From Candidatus Heimdallarchaeota archaeon (lineage in GTDB: Archaea > Asgardarchaeota > Heimdallarchaeia > Hodarchaeales > Hodarchaeaceae): a stretch of 64,000 bases of DNA. The translations under genes were made by a program, and so were the position numbers. Positions 39,323 through 50,163 of this stretch are shown here, in pieces. The notes below the pieces were generated by a model. The model was given only the letters and a program-made list of their open reading frames with translations, ran no database searches and was not told the origin of the DNA. The first letter of the stretch is position 1, and every line of letters starts with the position of its first letter. Location of the stretch: NCBI GenBank assembly GCA_011364965.1, contig RDOB01000003.1:432939-496938 (forward strand). The letters run 5' to 3'.

Positions 39323-41161
39323 TTATTTTTTCTTATTGTGGGCTTTCTTGGTTAATCTTTTTTGTTCACGGAGATAATACAATCCTCCCAATAGAAAAAG
39401 AATACTGATTGAAAAGATAACTGCTGTACTCAAGTTAAAGTCTAGCGAAACAAAATCACTTGCATCATTAATAACATTTCCGTTAAAAATTCTTTGAATA
39501 GTTACTAATTTGGTATTATACCCTGAAATCCAGTCAGTTGAACTAACCAAATCAGCTTGTAAGAGAAAGCCTGTTACTGGATCGAAGTAGAACGAATATT
39601 GAGATTGATTAGTAATTGATGAATAAACCACGGTATTGACTGAAATATTCCGTTCTACACCATTTACATGCCAAGGAATATAATTCTGGGAGATATTTGC
39701 ATAAGGAGTAAATCCAGAAAATGGATATGAAGAATTTAAGTCATTATTTACTAGTTCAATCCAATCATGGTTAGCTGTATTATTAGGGAAAAAAAATGAT
39801 CCAAAGAGAAAGAAAGTAGATTGTGAGGAGAGATCTTCCTCTTCATCCCATGAAATTATAAGTTTAGCTTTAGAATTAATACCTAATGAAGTAGAAATAG
39901 GAGCTTCAAACTCCATTCCAAAAATAGCATACCAAATAAAACTCATATTCCCAAATTCGGGAAAATTTATTGCTTGAGTAACAGAATGAGGCCATGAGGA
40001 TACCCCTTCAGGCTTTGTGTTGAATTTATAATAAACAGGCAAATCACGTCCAGGAAGAGGATAGTCGACATTAGGCGAAGGAATTACAGGATAGGTTCGT
40101 GGAATAATTGTAGTTATCCCAATACAAATCAAAATGAAAAGTACTTTAGTCAAATTTTTCGAAACAGATATTGTTAGAGGGCTAGGAAAATTACGAGTTT
40201 TTAGAGTCTTTATCAGAGATCCTATCAAAACCAAAGATAAAATGAAGGAAAGAAATAACAAAAAAATATGAATTACTATTGACTGAATAAAAAAATCCAG
40301 ATACTCGGCAGGAGAGGGAATATATGTATAATACCAATCAGGAGAGTAACTTCTCGAAGTTTTATTAACACTTCGGTTAACAATATCAGTTAGACGGTAA
40401 CCATGACTTGTTATAACAGCAATTGCAGAGAATATAAACGAAATAAAAATTGCTGTGGGGACTGAAAGTTTGATAGATCGTGAATAACCTAAATAAAGAA
40501 ATATTCCGATTACGATGAGTCCACTGAGAATGACTTGAACATATTGTGAAACCGAGGTGACGCTCATTCCTGTTACGGAAGGATTCTGAGTAATATACGA
40601 AGGGACATCACCATGTTGACTAAGATAAAAATAATTTTGGTTGGAGGGATAAACGGTAACTTGATAAATCCCAGGGAAAAGAAAGAATAATGTCTGGATG
40701 ACCCCAACAGAGATGAAAATGAATAAAACACATAATATTGAAGTGAAAATGGGATTTTCGTGGAGTTTGAACCATTGATTCTTATCGTGTGTAAAAGTTG
40801 CGATTTTTAAAAGGAGATTATCTAGTCCTTTTGAAACTTTTATCAGTAAGGATTCAACGGGATAGAGGAACTTTAACTCTGTTGGTAATTCCTTTACATT
40901 CATGGATGGAATAATGTCCTTGGAATGATATTCTTGAATCACTCGCTCAACAATTTTTTTCACAGGCTCACAATTGGATAAAACAGTAACCTCAGCATCC
41001 TCAGAGGATAATCCTGGTTCCTGTACGAGTATTTCATCATACATAGAATAAAGTTGATCTTCGAGATTATCAAGAAATTCATCTACAAATACTTGAGAGA
41101 CTTTTTTATTGAGAAGCTTCTTTTTAATTTGAGAAATATACTTTTCAATTAATTTAGTCAT
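39323..41161 (-). CDS. Membrane protein with N-terminal HAAS-like helical signalling domain and extracellular domain
   Basis: IEKYISQIKKKL...FLDNLEDQL...SEDAE..VL.N.EPVKKI. About 6 TM and a sequon-rich extracellular region. Directly abuts the padR-family gene. Confidence 0.72.
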   Translation of the reverse strand: MTKLIEKYISQIKKKLLNKKVSQVFVDEFLDNLEDQLYSMYDEILVQEPGLSSEDAEVTVLSNCEPVKKIVERVIQEYHSKDIIPSMNVKELPTELKFLYPVESLLIKVSKGLDNLLLKIATFTHDKNQWFKLHENPIFTSILCVLFIFISVGVIQTLFFLFPGIYQVTVYPSNQNYFYLSQHGDVPSYITQNPSVTGMSVTSVSQYVQVILSGLIVIGIFLYLGYSRSIKLSVPTAIFISFIFSAIAVITSHGYRLTDIVNRSVNKTSRSYSPDWYYTYIPSPAEYLDFFIQSIVIHIFLLFLSFILSLVLIGSLIKTLKTRNFPSPLTISVSKNLTKVLFILICIGITTIIPRTYPVIPSPNVDYPLPGRDLPVYYKFNTKPEGVSSWPHSVTQAINFPEFGNMSFIWYAIFGMEFEAPISTSLGINSKAKLIISWDEEEDLSSQSTFFLFGSFFFPNNTANHDWIELVNNDLNSSYPFSGFTPYANISQNYIPWHVNGVERNISVNTVVYSSITNQSQYSFYFDPVTGFLLQADLVSSTDWISGYNTKLVTIQRIFNGNVINDASDFVSLDFNLSTAVIFSISILFLLGGLYYLREQKRLTKKAHNKKK

Positions 41162-41527
41162 TTAAATCCCCTTTCTAGTTTGAATTTGGCGTAAAACTGC
41201 ATTTACAAACGTTTCTAACTCCTGCCATTTCATTAACCAACTAAATATCTCCTTTTCACCCTTAGAAGTTAAGGTATAGAAACGTTTCTTTCTATTAGAA
41301 GATTTATCTACCCATGTCTCTAAAAAGCCTGAATTAGACATCTTACTTAGCAAAGGGTAAAGAGTTCCCTCAGGAATGGCCTTATCAATTAGATTTTCGA
41401 CAAATTTCTTCATTTCATAGCCATATGATTGATTATTATGAAAACGAACAGCCTCCAAAAGTAAATATGGAACAAGATTAGCAAAGATATCTCTTTCAAG
41501 ACGTTCATCTAATGACATGGGAATCAC
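41162..41527 (-). CDS. PadR-family transcriptional regulator
   Basis: SYGYEM, EGTLYPLLSKM...GFL, RKKRFYTLTSKG and W..L motifs. Confidence 0.92.
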   Translation of the reverse strand: MIPMSLDERLERDIFANLVPYLLLEAVRFHNNQSYGYEMKKFVENLIDKAIPEGTLYPLLSKMSNSGFLETWVDKSSNRKKRFYTLTSKGEKEIFSWLMKWQELETFVNAVLRQIQTRKGI

Positions 41528-41550
41528 AGAAGGAATTTTTCATAGAAATC

Positions 41551-41576
41551 CGATGTATCGACTATCTATGTATCGA
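41551..41576. promoter_or_regulatory. Direct repeat ATGTATCGA x2 upstream of padR (candidate autoregulatory site)
   Basis: ATGTATCGA at 41553-41561 and 41568-41576, between a TATA-like TTTTTATA (minus strand, ~41587-41594) and the start. Confidence 0.45.
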
Positions 41577-41719
41577 TGCGCGAGAGTATAAAAATCTACT
41601 GATGATTGCATTTCTTTTCTATGGCTTTATAAAAGTGAACGAAACTTATAGGCTTTAGGGAATAGGTAAACTGAGTATTTAAAGTTCATTTTTGGATTTG
41701 GGATTTCTTTCCAATTTTC

Positions 41720-43024
41720 CTACTCAAATATCTTTTTCAGGGCTAATTTATCAATTAATTGTACGAAAAATTGATTATCAATGTTCAAATCTGATAGTTC
41801 TTTAAGAAATAATTTATAAGTAGAATGACTCGGATCAAATAGCCCATAAACGCGTCGAGTAAGCTTCTTTGAGCAATAGGATGATAAATCGACCGTATTT
41901 AGTCCAGAATGAAGATTTTTAACAGCTTTTTTTATCCCTCGAATTAATTGGTCTTGATTGACCGCTTTCATCATACTGGTCACCTTTTCATTTCGTGTAA
42001 TAGCCCATCCTGGATATCGAGGATATTTTGAAGGTCTTTTTTGCCTATCAGAATCTCCAGTGAAGGATACTTCAGATTTATAGAACCCAGGTTGAAATAA
42101 ACCGAAATCAATTTCACGCAAAGTTTTCCCTCTGCGATTAGAAATCACAAGGTAATTCCCACTATGTCGATCCCATGCACCACAGACCGTGTCAAAAACC
42201 AGCATTTTACCCAAGTTTTCTGCGTCATTTAAAGTCAGTTCCTTAATATCCTCTTTGGATGCAATATAGAAATCCGTGGTTCCTGGGGCCAAAGGTTCGA
42301 TTAAAAGATCAGAATCTGGGGCAAGTAGTTGAAAAAGAGCTGAATAGTTGTTGTACAACAACACAGCATAATGAGGTAAACCTAAACCGATTAATTTACC
42401 AATCTGAAGCACCTGTAGCTCCATATTGGGATTATCCATTCGATCTTTTCGAGATAATGCCTTAACAAATAATCCGTGTCCTTTTGGAGATGAAAAAAAG
42501 AAAAATGTTGGATTAGCACTACCTCCTTTATTATCACGAAAAAATAATAATTTTTTAGGTTTACTGGAGGGAATTATTGAACTAAATTGTTTAAATAATA
42601 AAATAACCATGGAATAGTATTCTAGCGATTTTTGTCGTCTACTCAAAACTAGATAAGAATCTATATAACCATGAACCAGTTTGTATTTTCGAAGAATTGT
42701 CAAATCATTTATGGAAACATGATTAATTTTAAGGAAAAGCGCGTAATAAGAAGAAAAGGTGCTCCAGTGAAGTGCAAACTTTAAATGCTCTTTAGTTTTG
42801 GGACCAGATACTTCCTCAAACGCAGAATGGAGATTTTTTCGAAACAACCGTTTATTATTAAACGGCTGGTCATTCTCAAGCTCGATATCGAATGATATAT
42901 AGCGGGGTATAGCAATTGTTTCAGATTTAGTAAAAACACCTTTAATTTTGATTTTCGATAAAAAAGCTCGAGTAGATCTTTCTGGATTTTTTCCTTTTTC
43001 GATAATTCTATTCGAGGTATTCAC
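41720..43024 (-). CDS. PI3K/PI4K/HipA(CtkA)-fold kinase
   Basis: GGSANP glycine loop, FVK lysine, helix-C Glu (NMELQV), FD..CGAWDRHSGNYL catalytic loop and EIDFG. Confidence 0.78.
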   Translation of the reverse strand: MNTSNRIIEKGKNPERSTRAFLSKIKIKGVFTKSETIAIPRYISFDIELENDQPFNNKRLFRKNLHSAFEEVSGPKTKEHLKFALHWSTFSSYYALFLKINHVSINDLTILRKYKLVHGYIDSYLVLSRRQKSLEYYSMVILLFKQFSSIIPSSKPKKLLFFRDNKGGSANPTFFFFSSPKGHGLFVKALSRKDRMDNPNMELQVLQIGKLIGLGLPHYAVLLYNNYSALFQLLAPDSDLLIEPLAPGTTDFYIASKEDIKELTLNDAENLGKMLVFDTVCGAWDRHSGNYLVISNRRGKTLREIDFGLFQPGFYKSEVSFTGDSDRQKRPSKYPRYPGWAITRNEKVTSMMKAVNQDQLIRGIKKAVKNLHSGLNTVDLSSYCSKKLTRRVYGLFDPSHSTYKLFLKELSDLNIDNQFFVQLIDKLALKKIFE

Positions 43025-43528
43025 AGGAAAAAAATCTCCATTTATTAAAAGATCTAATTATTTAAGAAAAGACAAGATATCCAAATAAATCTTTCTTATC
43101 AATCTCGAAATAGATGATAGAATATTCATTCTCTTAAATAAGGAAAATAATCATTATTAGGAGGAAGAGGATTAAAAACCATCCAAAGAGAGTGAGGAAA
43201 TCGTTCTAAATCGAGTTAATCTAGAATAAAATTAATAGAAAAAATATTATAAGCTGAAATTTCCAGTAAACCAACCCTATATACTAACTCAATTTTTAGT
43301 TATTCCTCTGAAAGTCAATTGAACAAATTAAGTCATTTTCGCTTAGTTCTCCATTCATATTTAGGGAGTATTCGGTTTCATGACAATTCGTAATTTACGA
43401 CACACTTAATTATTCAACATTGACGGAACTATGAAATCATTTCGAAATTAAAAAAAAATAAAATTATATGAACCCAAAAATTAAAGAAAAACTAGGGAGT
43501 TTATTCCTGTAACTTTTTCGGATGAAAT

Positions 43529-46500
43529 TCAGAAGTTTTGTAAAGGAAGCTCAATTGTAACTGTTGTTCCTTTATCCAAACCTTCGCTAAAAATACTAAT
43601 TTCACCACCATGGGCCTCGATAATAGTTTTGCAAAGATATAAACCAATCCCGGTACCCCTGACTGAATACTTCGTGGGAAAGGAAACAAATGGATCAAAT
43701 AGGCGTGAAATATGTTCATCTAAGATACCTGCTCCGTTATCACGGATATTTACCCGAATGTTCTGATTATGAATCTGACATTCTACAACAACTCGACGAT
43801 TATCTTTATCACTATGATGAACTGCATTTTCCATTAAATTGTTCAACACTTGAGACATCCTATCGACATCTATTTCTACTAAAGCAGGTCTATCAAAATC
43901 CTTTACTACTAGTTGTAGTTGTTTTCCTAATAAGGTTTGATATGGTTCCATCTGTTTTGTTATAAAACTCTTAAATTCTACAACAGAGGTATTTAAAATA
44001 AAGATTCCCCTCTCAATCTTAGTAATTTCGCTAACACCAGTAATTAAAGTCTCTAATCTATTAATATTCTTCTCAAGAACATCAAAAAGATGCTCACGTC
44101 TTCTTGGGGGTATTTCATCATATCGAGACTTGAAAATTTCATAATAACCTTTGATAATCGTCAGGGGTGTCCGTAGTTCGTGACTAGTCAACGCTATAAA
44201 GTCTGCACGACGATTCTCTAAATCATTTCTAGCTTCCTCGGCCAATTTTGCACTAGTGATGTCTGATATAATCCCTACGGTTCCAATAAACTCATTGTTC
44301 TCATCTAAGAGTATTGAACCGGCAACCCGGGTTATAATTTGAGTTCCATCTTTTCTAATAAATCCTAGTTCATATGGAGTAACATCTTCCATATTATGAC
44401 GCATTTCATTAGCTCGATAAAGGATTGGCCTATATTCTTCAGTTATAAATTCATCAACTTTGTGTCCAACCATCTCAGTTTCAGAATAACCAAGCATATG
44501 AATTATAGCAGGATTGACAAAGGTTGTAACTGAATTTTTATCACTAACCCAAATACCCTCAGTTAAAGTTACAAATAATCTTCTAAATCGTTCTTCAGAT
44601 TCTTCAAGTTTTCTTTGAGAGATGATTTTTTCAGTAATATCTCGAAAAGCTGCTACAACTCGGTTTTTTTCGGCCTGAAATGCATGTATTTCGAAAAATC
44701 CTTTGAAATAATCATCCTCATAATATAACTGATCAACACTCCATTTAGATCCGTACTTGGCAACCGCACGACTCATTCGAGGAATTTGTGTTGAAACAAG
44801 GTTTGGGATAGCCTGTTCAATTGTCATGCCGACTAAAGTATTACAATCAAATCCTAGAATCTCATTTGCGGTCTGGTTTCCTCCTATAAATAACAATTCA
44901 TCGTTTTCTTTTAGCTCACAAAGAAACATGCCAAAGGGACTATAGTTAAAAATATTCCTAAATCTCTCTTCTGATCTTTTTAACTCTTCCTCAGCTTTTT
45001 TGCTCTCAGTAATATCTCTAAATGACACAGCCATTTGATTTGGTTGGGTTTGGAACGCTGTAACCGCATAAATCCCTTTTATCCCATGAGAATCATATTT
45101 AAAACTATCGATAACCCATTTAGTTCCTGTTTTAGCTACTTTACGATACATAGAGGGAACTTCTGTTTCAATTAAACCTGGAAACGCTTCTTCGATGGTT
45201 TTACCAATAAATTCTTGAGACTGTATACCCAAAATTTGATCAGTCATTTGATTTGCATTTTGGAAAATTAATGAATTATCTGCTTCCAACTCATATAAAA
45301 TCATAGCATTAGGATTGGACTCGAATATATTTCTAAAACGTTGTTCAGAGATCTTCAAATCCCTCTCTGCTTGTTTACGAAGAGTAATATCTTCACCAGA
45401 ACTTAATGTACCTATGATCTCACCAAATTCGTTTCTAATAACGGTATTATGCCATGCAATGCATCTCAGCTTGCCTGATTTCGTCTTAACAATATTTTCA
45501 ACATATTCAACAGCTGTGAACTCCCCTTTCATCAATTTATGAAAAACATCTTGTATTTGGCTGATGTTATCATCTGGGAGAAAATTTTCAAACCAATTCA
45601 TCCCTATGATCTCATCTTCTAAATATTCTAAGACTTCACAACCTTTGTTGTTAATCAAGGAAATATTCATATTTTTATCAATAGCTATCAATATTACTCC
45701 AGCAATATCAAGATATGTTTGAGCTCGATCTCTTTCTATCCTCAAGCGTTGTTCTAGTAATTTCCTATCTGTTATATTCAACGCAGTAAACGTAACACCT
45801 TTAGAAGGATCTGTAGGATCTATAGGAGTGGATCTTAAATCTATTTCTATGATTGTGCCATCTTTTCTTCTGAAAAAAGTATCAATAACTCCAGTTCCAT
45901 ATTTGGCAATATCCGCATATTTTTCTCTCCCTATTCTTTGATATTCTTCATCTGAAGGATATAAAATCCTTGCATTTTTTCCAATTAATTCCTCTTCTTT
46001 ATACCGCAGCATTTGCATTAACGTTTTACTTAAATATGTTAGATTTCGGTTTTCATCAACTAAACCTATCCCTATTGGTGCCACTCTTAGGATGCTCTCA
46101 TATTTTGCTTGACTTTCTTGTAATAACTGTTGAGTTTGCTTTAGATCTGAAATATCGACAATAGAAAGAATTACAAAGGACCAATCATCTTTGAATTCGC
46201 TAGGCATGGTGGCACGATAAAAAATGCTGATTTCTTTTCCATCTAATGTCTTAGTTTTGCCTTCTGCTTCAAAAAAATCTTCCCCGGCAAAAAAAGCTGC
46301 AATTCCTTTTTCAAAATCACCCAAAAAATCTTCCAGTGCAAGAATTAGGTATTTATTGAGTAATTCTTCTTTGGAAAGAGCATTGAATAGTTTAAGACTG
46401 GATTCATTTATATCTAGCACTTTAATCAATTTAAGGAGATCAGAGATAGATGAAAATCTTGGATGAATCTGATCACTAAATTGGATACCCTCAATAACAA

Positions 46501-49500
46501 TTTTCAATTCTGATAGATCGATTAGCCAAGTGGAAATTGGGGCATTATCAAATAACTTTTTAAATTTAATTTCACTTTCTTTTATTGATTCCTCAGTTTC
46601 TTTTAGCTTCGTAATATCGACATGATTTATTAATACTCGAGAAAGAGTCTCCTCGTGGCCAGGAACAACAATTACCTTGGTTAGAAGATATCGCCTTTTC
46701 CCATCGATTTTAGAGATGTGGGGAAATTCAATTACTGTCTTACCTGTAAGAAGCTGTAGATAATTATTTGCTGCAATTAAATTCTCTTGATTTTGTCTTA
46801 TGTCCCAAGTTTTATATCTAAGTTCTCGGAATTCCTTCAAGTCATTAACATTGTAAAGTTCCAAGGTAGCACTGTTCAAATCCGTGTCCTTGACTAATTT
46901 AGCAACTTCTATAGCCTTTTGAGGATTATTCTTGAAAAAAACAGCTATATCTTCGACTCCTCGCTCCTTTAACTGGTTTATATATGCTAAAGCCTCAGAA
47001 AAGTCTAATTCTCGCATAGGAATAGGCGTAGTTTCAAATAAATTACGATATCTTGATTCACTTCGTTCAAGTAACTCTATTGCTCTCTTTTTTTCAGTAA
47101 TGTCGATAAATGCTAACATATTGGCTGGTTTTGCATTATATTGAATAGATCGGGAATAAATATCAAGCCATATAACAGCTTCAGCTTTTGTGATCATTCT
47201 AATTTGGTAATTGGTAACTGCACCAAACTGACCTAAATGGATCTTTTTTAAGCCAAAATCACGATCATCGGGATGGATGGAAGATTCAAACTTATTGTTA
47301 ATGATTTTATCGAGCGAATAACCAAAAGTGTCAGCAACGGTCTGATTTGCGTAAATTATCCTTTCATCTTGTATGATACAGATTCCTAAAACTGATTGTT
47401 CGGATAATATCCGAAATTTCTCCTCGCTTTCTTTTAGCTGCTTTTCAAATTCAGAGGCTTGAGTAATATCAAATATAGTTGCAACAATTGACTTAATTTG
47501 CTTTTGTTCATCAAATATTGGGGTTGCATTGATAGAAAGTAGTCTTCTTTCACCTGTAGCTAATTCGATTGCATGTTTCACATCCCTTACAGGTTTTTTG
47601 CTTTCTAGTACCTTAGCAACGGGTAATTCTTCTTCAGGAAAAACTCCCCCGTTAATACTAGTTATTATCCATAGAGGATCGTTATATGTTCTCTCAGTAA
47701 TCTGGTTTTTTGTAAGACCAAGTACTGTTTCGGCATATTTATTAGCAAAACTAATTTTTCCATCTGGATTGATGGTCACGATGCCAATAGGACTCATTTC
47801 CATAACATTTTCTAGAAATGATGTCTGTTGCTGGAGCTTAAGCTCCGTTTTCTTCATCTCGGTGATGTCTCTGGTTATACTACCTATCATAAAGCCTTTT
47901 TCTGATTTTATTGGAAATGGGATCTGTTGAAGGTGCTTTATCTCCTCATCTTTTGTTTTAATTTTAATCTCCAAGATAGTGTTTAACCATTCAGCATTTC
48001 CTTCTCTCAATGCCATAACGACTGACTGCTTGAGAGAATCCTTCCTCTGAGCAAATAAAATTGGATCAACAGATAATTTTGAATTTAGATCCCAATAATA
48101 ATGGCCTAAAGAATCCTTTTTAGAATAACCAGTAATTCTCTCTTGACCTCTATTCCATTCAATTATTTTCCCATCTGTGTCTATTAAAGCTATTCCATCA
48201 TATGATTGATTTATTATTGACATCAGTCTATTTTTAGTTTCAACGAGTTCTAATTCAGCTGTTTTTAATTCCGTAATATCTCTGGTAATACTGCCAATAA
48301 GACGGTCTTTACTGGTTTTAATGAAAAATGGAGTTTGTTCAATATATTTAATTTCTCCACTTCGTAAATAAATTGTTGAGGTAAAAGATTTACTCAACCA
48401 CGGTGCTCTTTCTATACTAAAAGCTTGTAAAATGCGTTCTTTTGACTTTTCTAGATGCTCCCTACTTCTTAAGTTTGGGTCTCTGATTTGATGTTGAATA
48501 TCCCAAAATTTTTCACCTAAAACTTCTTCACGATTGTATTCAAAAATCTGCTCACTTGCGTGATTCCACTCATTAATGTTACCCGTAGTATCAATTAAGA
48601 CAAGCCCGTCGCTTAATTGCTCAATGATAGAACGATATTTCTCTTCACGATCGATCAGCTCTTGTTCGAACCTTTTTTGGTTTGTAATATCCCTAATTAT
48701 ACTGCCAATCATGAAACTATTCTCAGTTGGGATTAGGAATGGTGAATCTTGAAGAATCTGAAATTCTCCATTTAAAGCTTTTATTGTGTATTCATGAACT
48801 GAATCAAACCAACTTCCTTTCCCTTCTCTCAAAAGTTCTTTTGTCATTCGTTCCATTACGAGCTCTATCTGGGATATTGAGCTCGTTTCAGGAACTAATG
48901 CAGCCTGAACAGTCCAAGAATATTTATATATGGCATCTTTTTGTAAGATCCCAGTTATTCGTTCCATTGCTGGATTCCATTCCCTGATTCTACCTTCTTG
49001 ATCAATAAGAATAATCCCATCAGATGATTGATTTACAATGGAAGATAATCGGTTCTTGACCTCTCTGAGCTCCTGCTCGGCTTTTCTTCTTTCTGTGATA
49101 TCTAAAACCGACACAATAACCTTTGAGAGAGATTCCTCATAACCAGGGACTACTGAAAGCTTAATAGAAGAAATTATTGATTTTCCAGTAAGCATTATCC
49201 CTGTAAACTCGGCTTCATATTCTGTTTTTCCCTCACTTAAATTTAATATCTCCTCTTTAAATGAATGGTATGCAGACTCATCAAATATTTGATTTAGTCC
49301 TTTAAGTAATTTTTCTTTATTATCTGCACCATAGAGATCCAAGCTGATGTTATTAACATCAATAACTTTAACAAGAGAGGCTAAATTCCGAAGTTCTTCA
49401 GGATTATTGTCTAAGAATGAACTTATGTTAGATGTTTTTCCTTTAAGCTCATCTAAATATTCTTTGGCTGCAGAAAAATCTTCCTCCCAAATGGAAATAG

Positions 49501-49909
49501 GGGCGTTCTCAAATAAAGTTTGATAGCGTGTCTCCGTTTCATGAACATTTTGATTCGTGGTTTCTTCAATAATAATCGCAAACTGACTATCAATACTTAT
49601 AAGTTGAAGCGATAACCAGATTTGTGATTCTCCTTTCTGAAATTTAAATTCTTTCTTAAATTCGGTTAAATCGACCGAAGAAATGTCTTGATCTGGAAAT
49701 ATTAGTGCAAGGGGATGTTTATTTACTAAATCATTGCTTGTAAATCCTAGAATCTCAAGAAATTTTTGATTAAAATAAGAAACTAAGCCTAGGATAGGAT
49801 CATATAATAAAATGCCAATATTAAGGGAATCAACGAGTCTTTTAAGGTTTGTTAATCTTTTCTCTAAAAGAGAACATTTTTCTTGCAGTTGTTGGATCTG
49901 TTGTTCCAT
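43529..49909 (-). CDS. Giant cytoplasmic PAS-domain histidine kinase (14 PAS + HisKA + HATPase_c)
   Basis: 14 repeats starting (R/K)(Y/F/L)...(P/D/G)I and ending DIT..K..E. SHELRTPL, NLMENA, DNGAGI, F.PF and GTGIGL motifs. No TM. Confidence 0.95.
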   Translation of the reverse strand: MEQQIQQLQEKCSLLEKRLTNLKRLVDSLNIGILLYDPILGLVSYFNQKFLEILGFTSNDLVNKHPLALIFPDQDISSVDLTEFKKEFKFQKGESQIWLSLQLISIDSQFAIIIEETTNQNVHETETRYQTLFENAPISIWEEDFSAAKEYLDELKGKTSNISSFLDNNPEELRNLASLVKVIDVNNISLDLYGADNKEKLLKGLNQIFDESAYHSFKEEILNLSEGKTEYEAEFTGIMLTGKSIISSIKLSVVPGYEESLSKVIVSVLDITERRKAEQELREVKNRLSSIVNQSSDGIILIDQEGRIREWNPAMERITGILQKDAIYKYSWTVQAALVPETSSISQIELVMERMTKELLREGKGSWFDSVHEYTIKALNGEFQILQDSPFLIPTENSFMIGSIIRDITNQKRFEQELIDREEKYRSIIEQLSDGLVLIDTTGNINEWNHASEQIFEYNREEVLGEKFWDIQHQIRDPNLRSREHLEKSKERILQAFSIERAPWLSKSFTSTIYLRSGEIKYIEQTPFFIKTSKDRLIGSITRDITELKTAELELVETKNRLMSIINQSYDGIALIDTDGKIIEWNRGQERITGYSKKDSLGHYYWDLNSKLSVDPILFAQRKDSLKQSVVMALREGNAEWLNTILEIKIKTKDEEIKHLQQIPFPIKSEKGFMIGSITRDITEMKKTELKLQQQTSFLENVMEMSPIGIVTINPDGKISFANKYAETVLGLTKNQITERTYNDPLWIITSINGGVFPEEELPVAKVLESKKPVRDVKHAIELATGERRLLSINATPIFDEQKQIKSIVATIFDITQASEFEKQLKESEEKFRILSEQSVLGICIIQDERIIYANQTVADTFGYSLDKIINNKFESSIHPDDRDFGLKKIHLGQFGAVTNYQIRMITKAEAVIWLDIYSRSIQYNAKPANMLAFIDITEKKRAIELLERSESRYRNLFETTPIPMRELDFSEALAYINQLKERGVEDIAVFFKNNPQKAIEVAKLVKDTDLNSATLELYNVNDLKEFRELRYKTWDIRQNQENLIAANNYLQLLTGKTVIEFPHISKIDGKRRYLLTKVIVVPGHEETLSRVLINHVDITKLKETEESIKESEIKFKKLFDNAPISTWLIDLSELKIVIEGIQFSDQIHPRFSSISDLLKLIKVLDINESSLKLFNALSKEELLNKYLILALEDFLGDFEKGIAAFFAGEDFFEAEGKTKTLDGKEISIFYRATMPSEFKDDWSFVILSIVDISDLKQTQQLLQESQAKYESILRVAPIGIGLVDENRNLTYLSKTLMQMLRYKEEELIGKNARILYPSDEEYQRIGREKYADIAKYGTGVIDTFFRRKDGTIIEIDLRSTPIDPTDPSKGVTFTALNITDRKLLEQRLRIERDRAQTYLDIAGVILIAIDKNMNISLINNKGCEVLEYLEDEIIGMNWFENFLPDDNISQIQDVFHKLMKGEFTAVEYVENIVKTKSGKLRCIAWHNTVIRNEFGEIIGTLSSGEDITLRKQAERDLKISEQRFRNIFESNPNAMILYELEADNSLIFQNANQMTDQILGIQSQEFIGKTIEEAFPGLIETEVPSMYRKVAKTGTKWVIDSFKYDSHGIKGIYAVTAFQTQPNQMAVSFRDITESKKAEEELKRSEERFRNIFNYSPFGMFLCELKENDELLFIGGNQTANEILGFDCNTLVGMTIEQAIPNLVSTQIPRMSRAVAKYGSKWSVDQLYYEDDYFKGFFEIHAFQAEKNRVVAAFRDITEKIISQRKLEESEERFRRLFVTLTEGIWVSDKNSVTTFVNPAIIHMLGYSETEMVGHKVDEFITEEYRPILYRANEMRHNMEDVTPYELGFIRKDGTQIITRVAGSILLDENNEFIGTVGIISDITSAKLAEEARNDLENRRADFIALTSHELRTPLTIIKGYYEIFKSRYDEIPPRRREHLFDVLEKNINRLETLITGVSEITKIERGIFILNTSVVEFKSFITKQMEPYQTLLGKQLQLVVKDFDRPALVEIDVDRMSQVLNNLMENAVHHSDKDNRRVVVECQIHNQNIRVNIRDNGAGILDEHISRLFDPFVSFPTKYSVRGTGIGLYLCKTIIEAHGGEISIFSEGLDKGTTVTIELPLQNF

Positions 49910-50163
49910 TAAAGATAATTCCTTTGAAATGTAATTACAATAACCAGCATTTGTATAAGAACCTACTCAAATGGCCTCTTAATAACTTCAAAAATCAAAA
50001 TAAAAACAATAAGAGAAACCTAGGAAAAACCTAACAGGATTATGAGAACATCTCAAGAAGTCTAAATTCATGTAAAAAATTGCATAAACCCACCAAAAAA
50101 AATGCAGATCTCAAATGAAACCTATATCATTATTTCGGAGATAAACTGGATCTTTCAGAATGT

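Noticed and set aside
47529-47930. Antisense and short alternative-frame ORFs (e.g. 4404-4781, 11472-11795, 29345-29683, 47529-47930, 7731-7931)
   Set aside because: Most shadow well-supported genes, and all lack recognisable motifs.
43529-49909. PAS repeats as a DNA tandem repeat or DGR target
   Set aside because: Similarity is at the protein level only. There are no near-identical nucleotide repeats and no reverse transcriptase.
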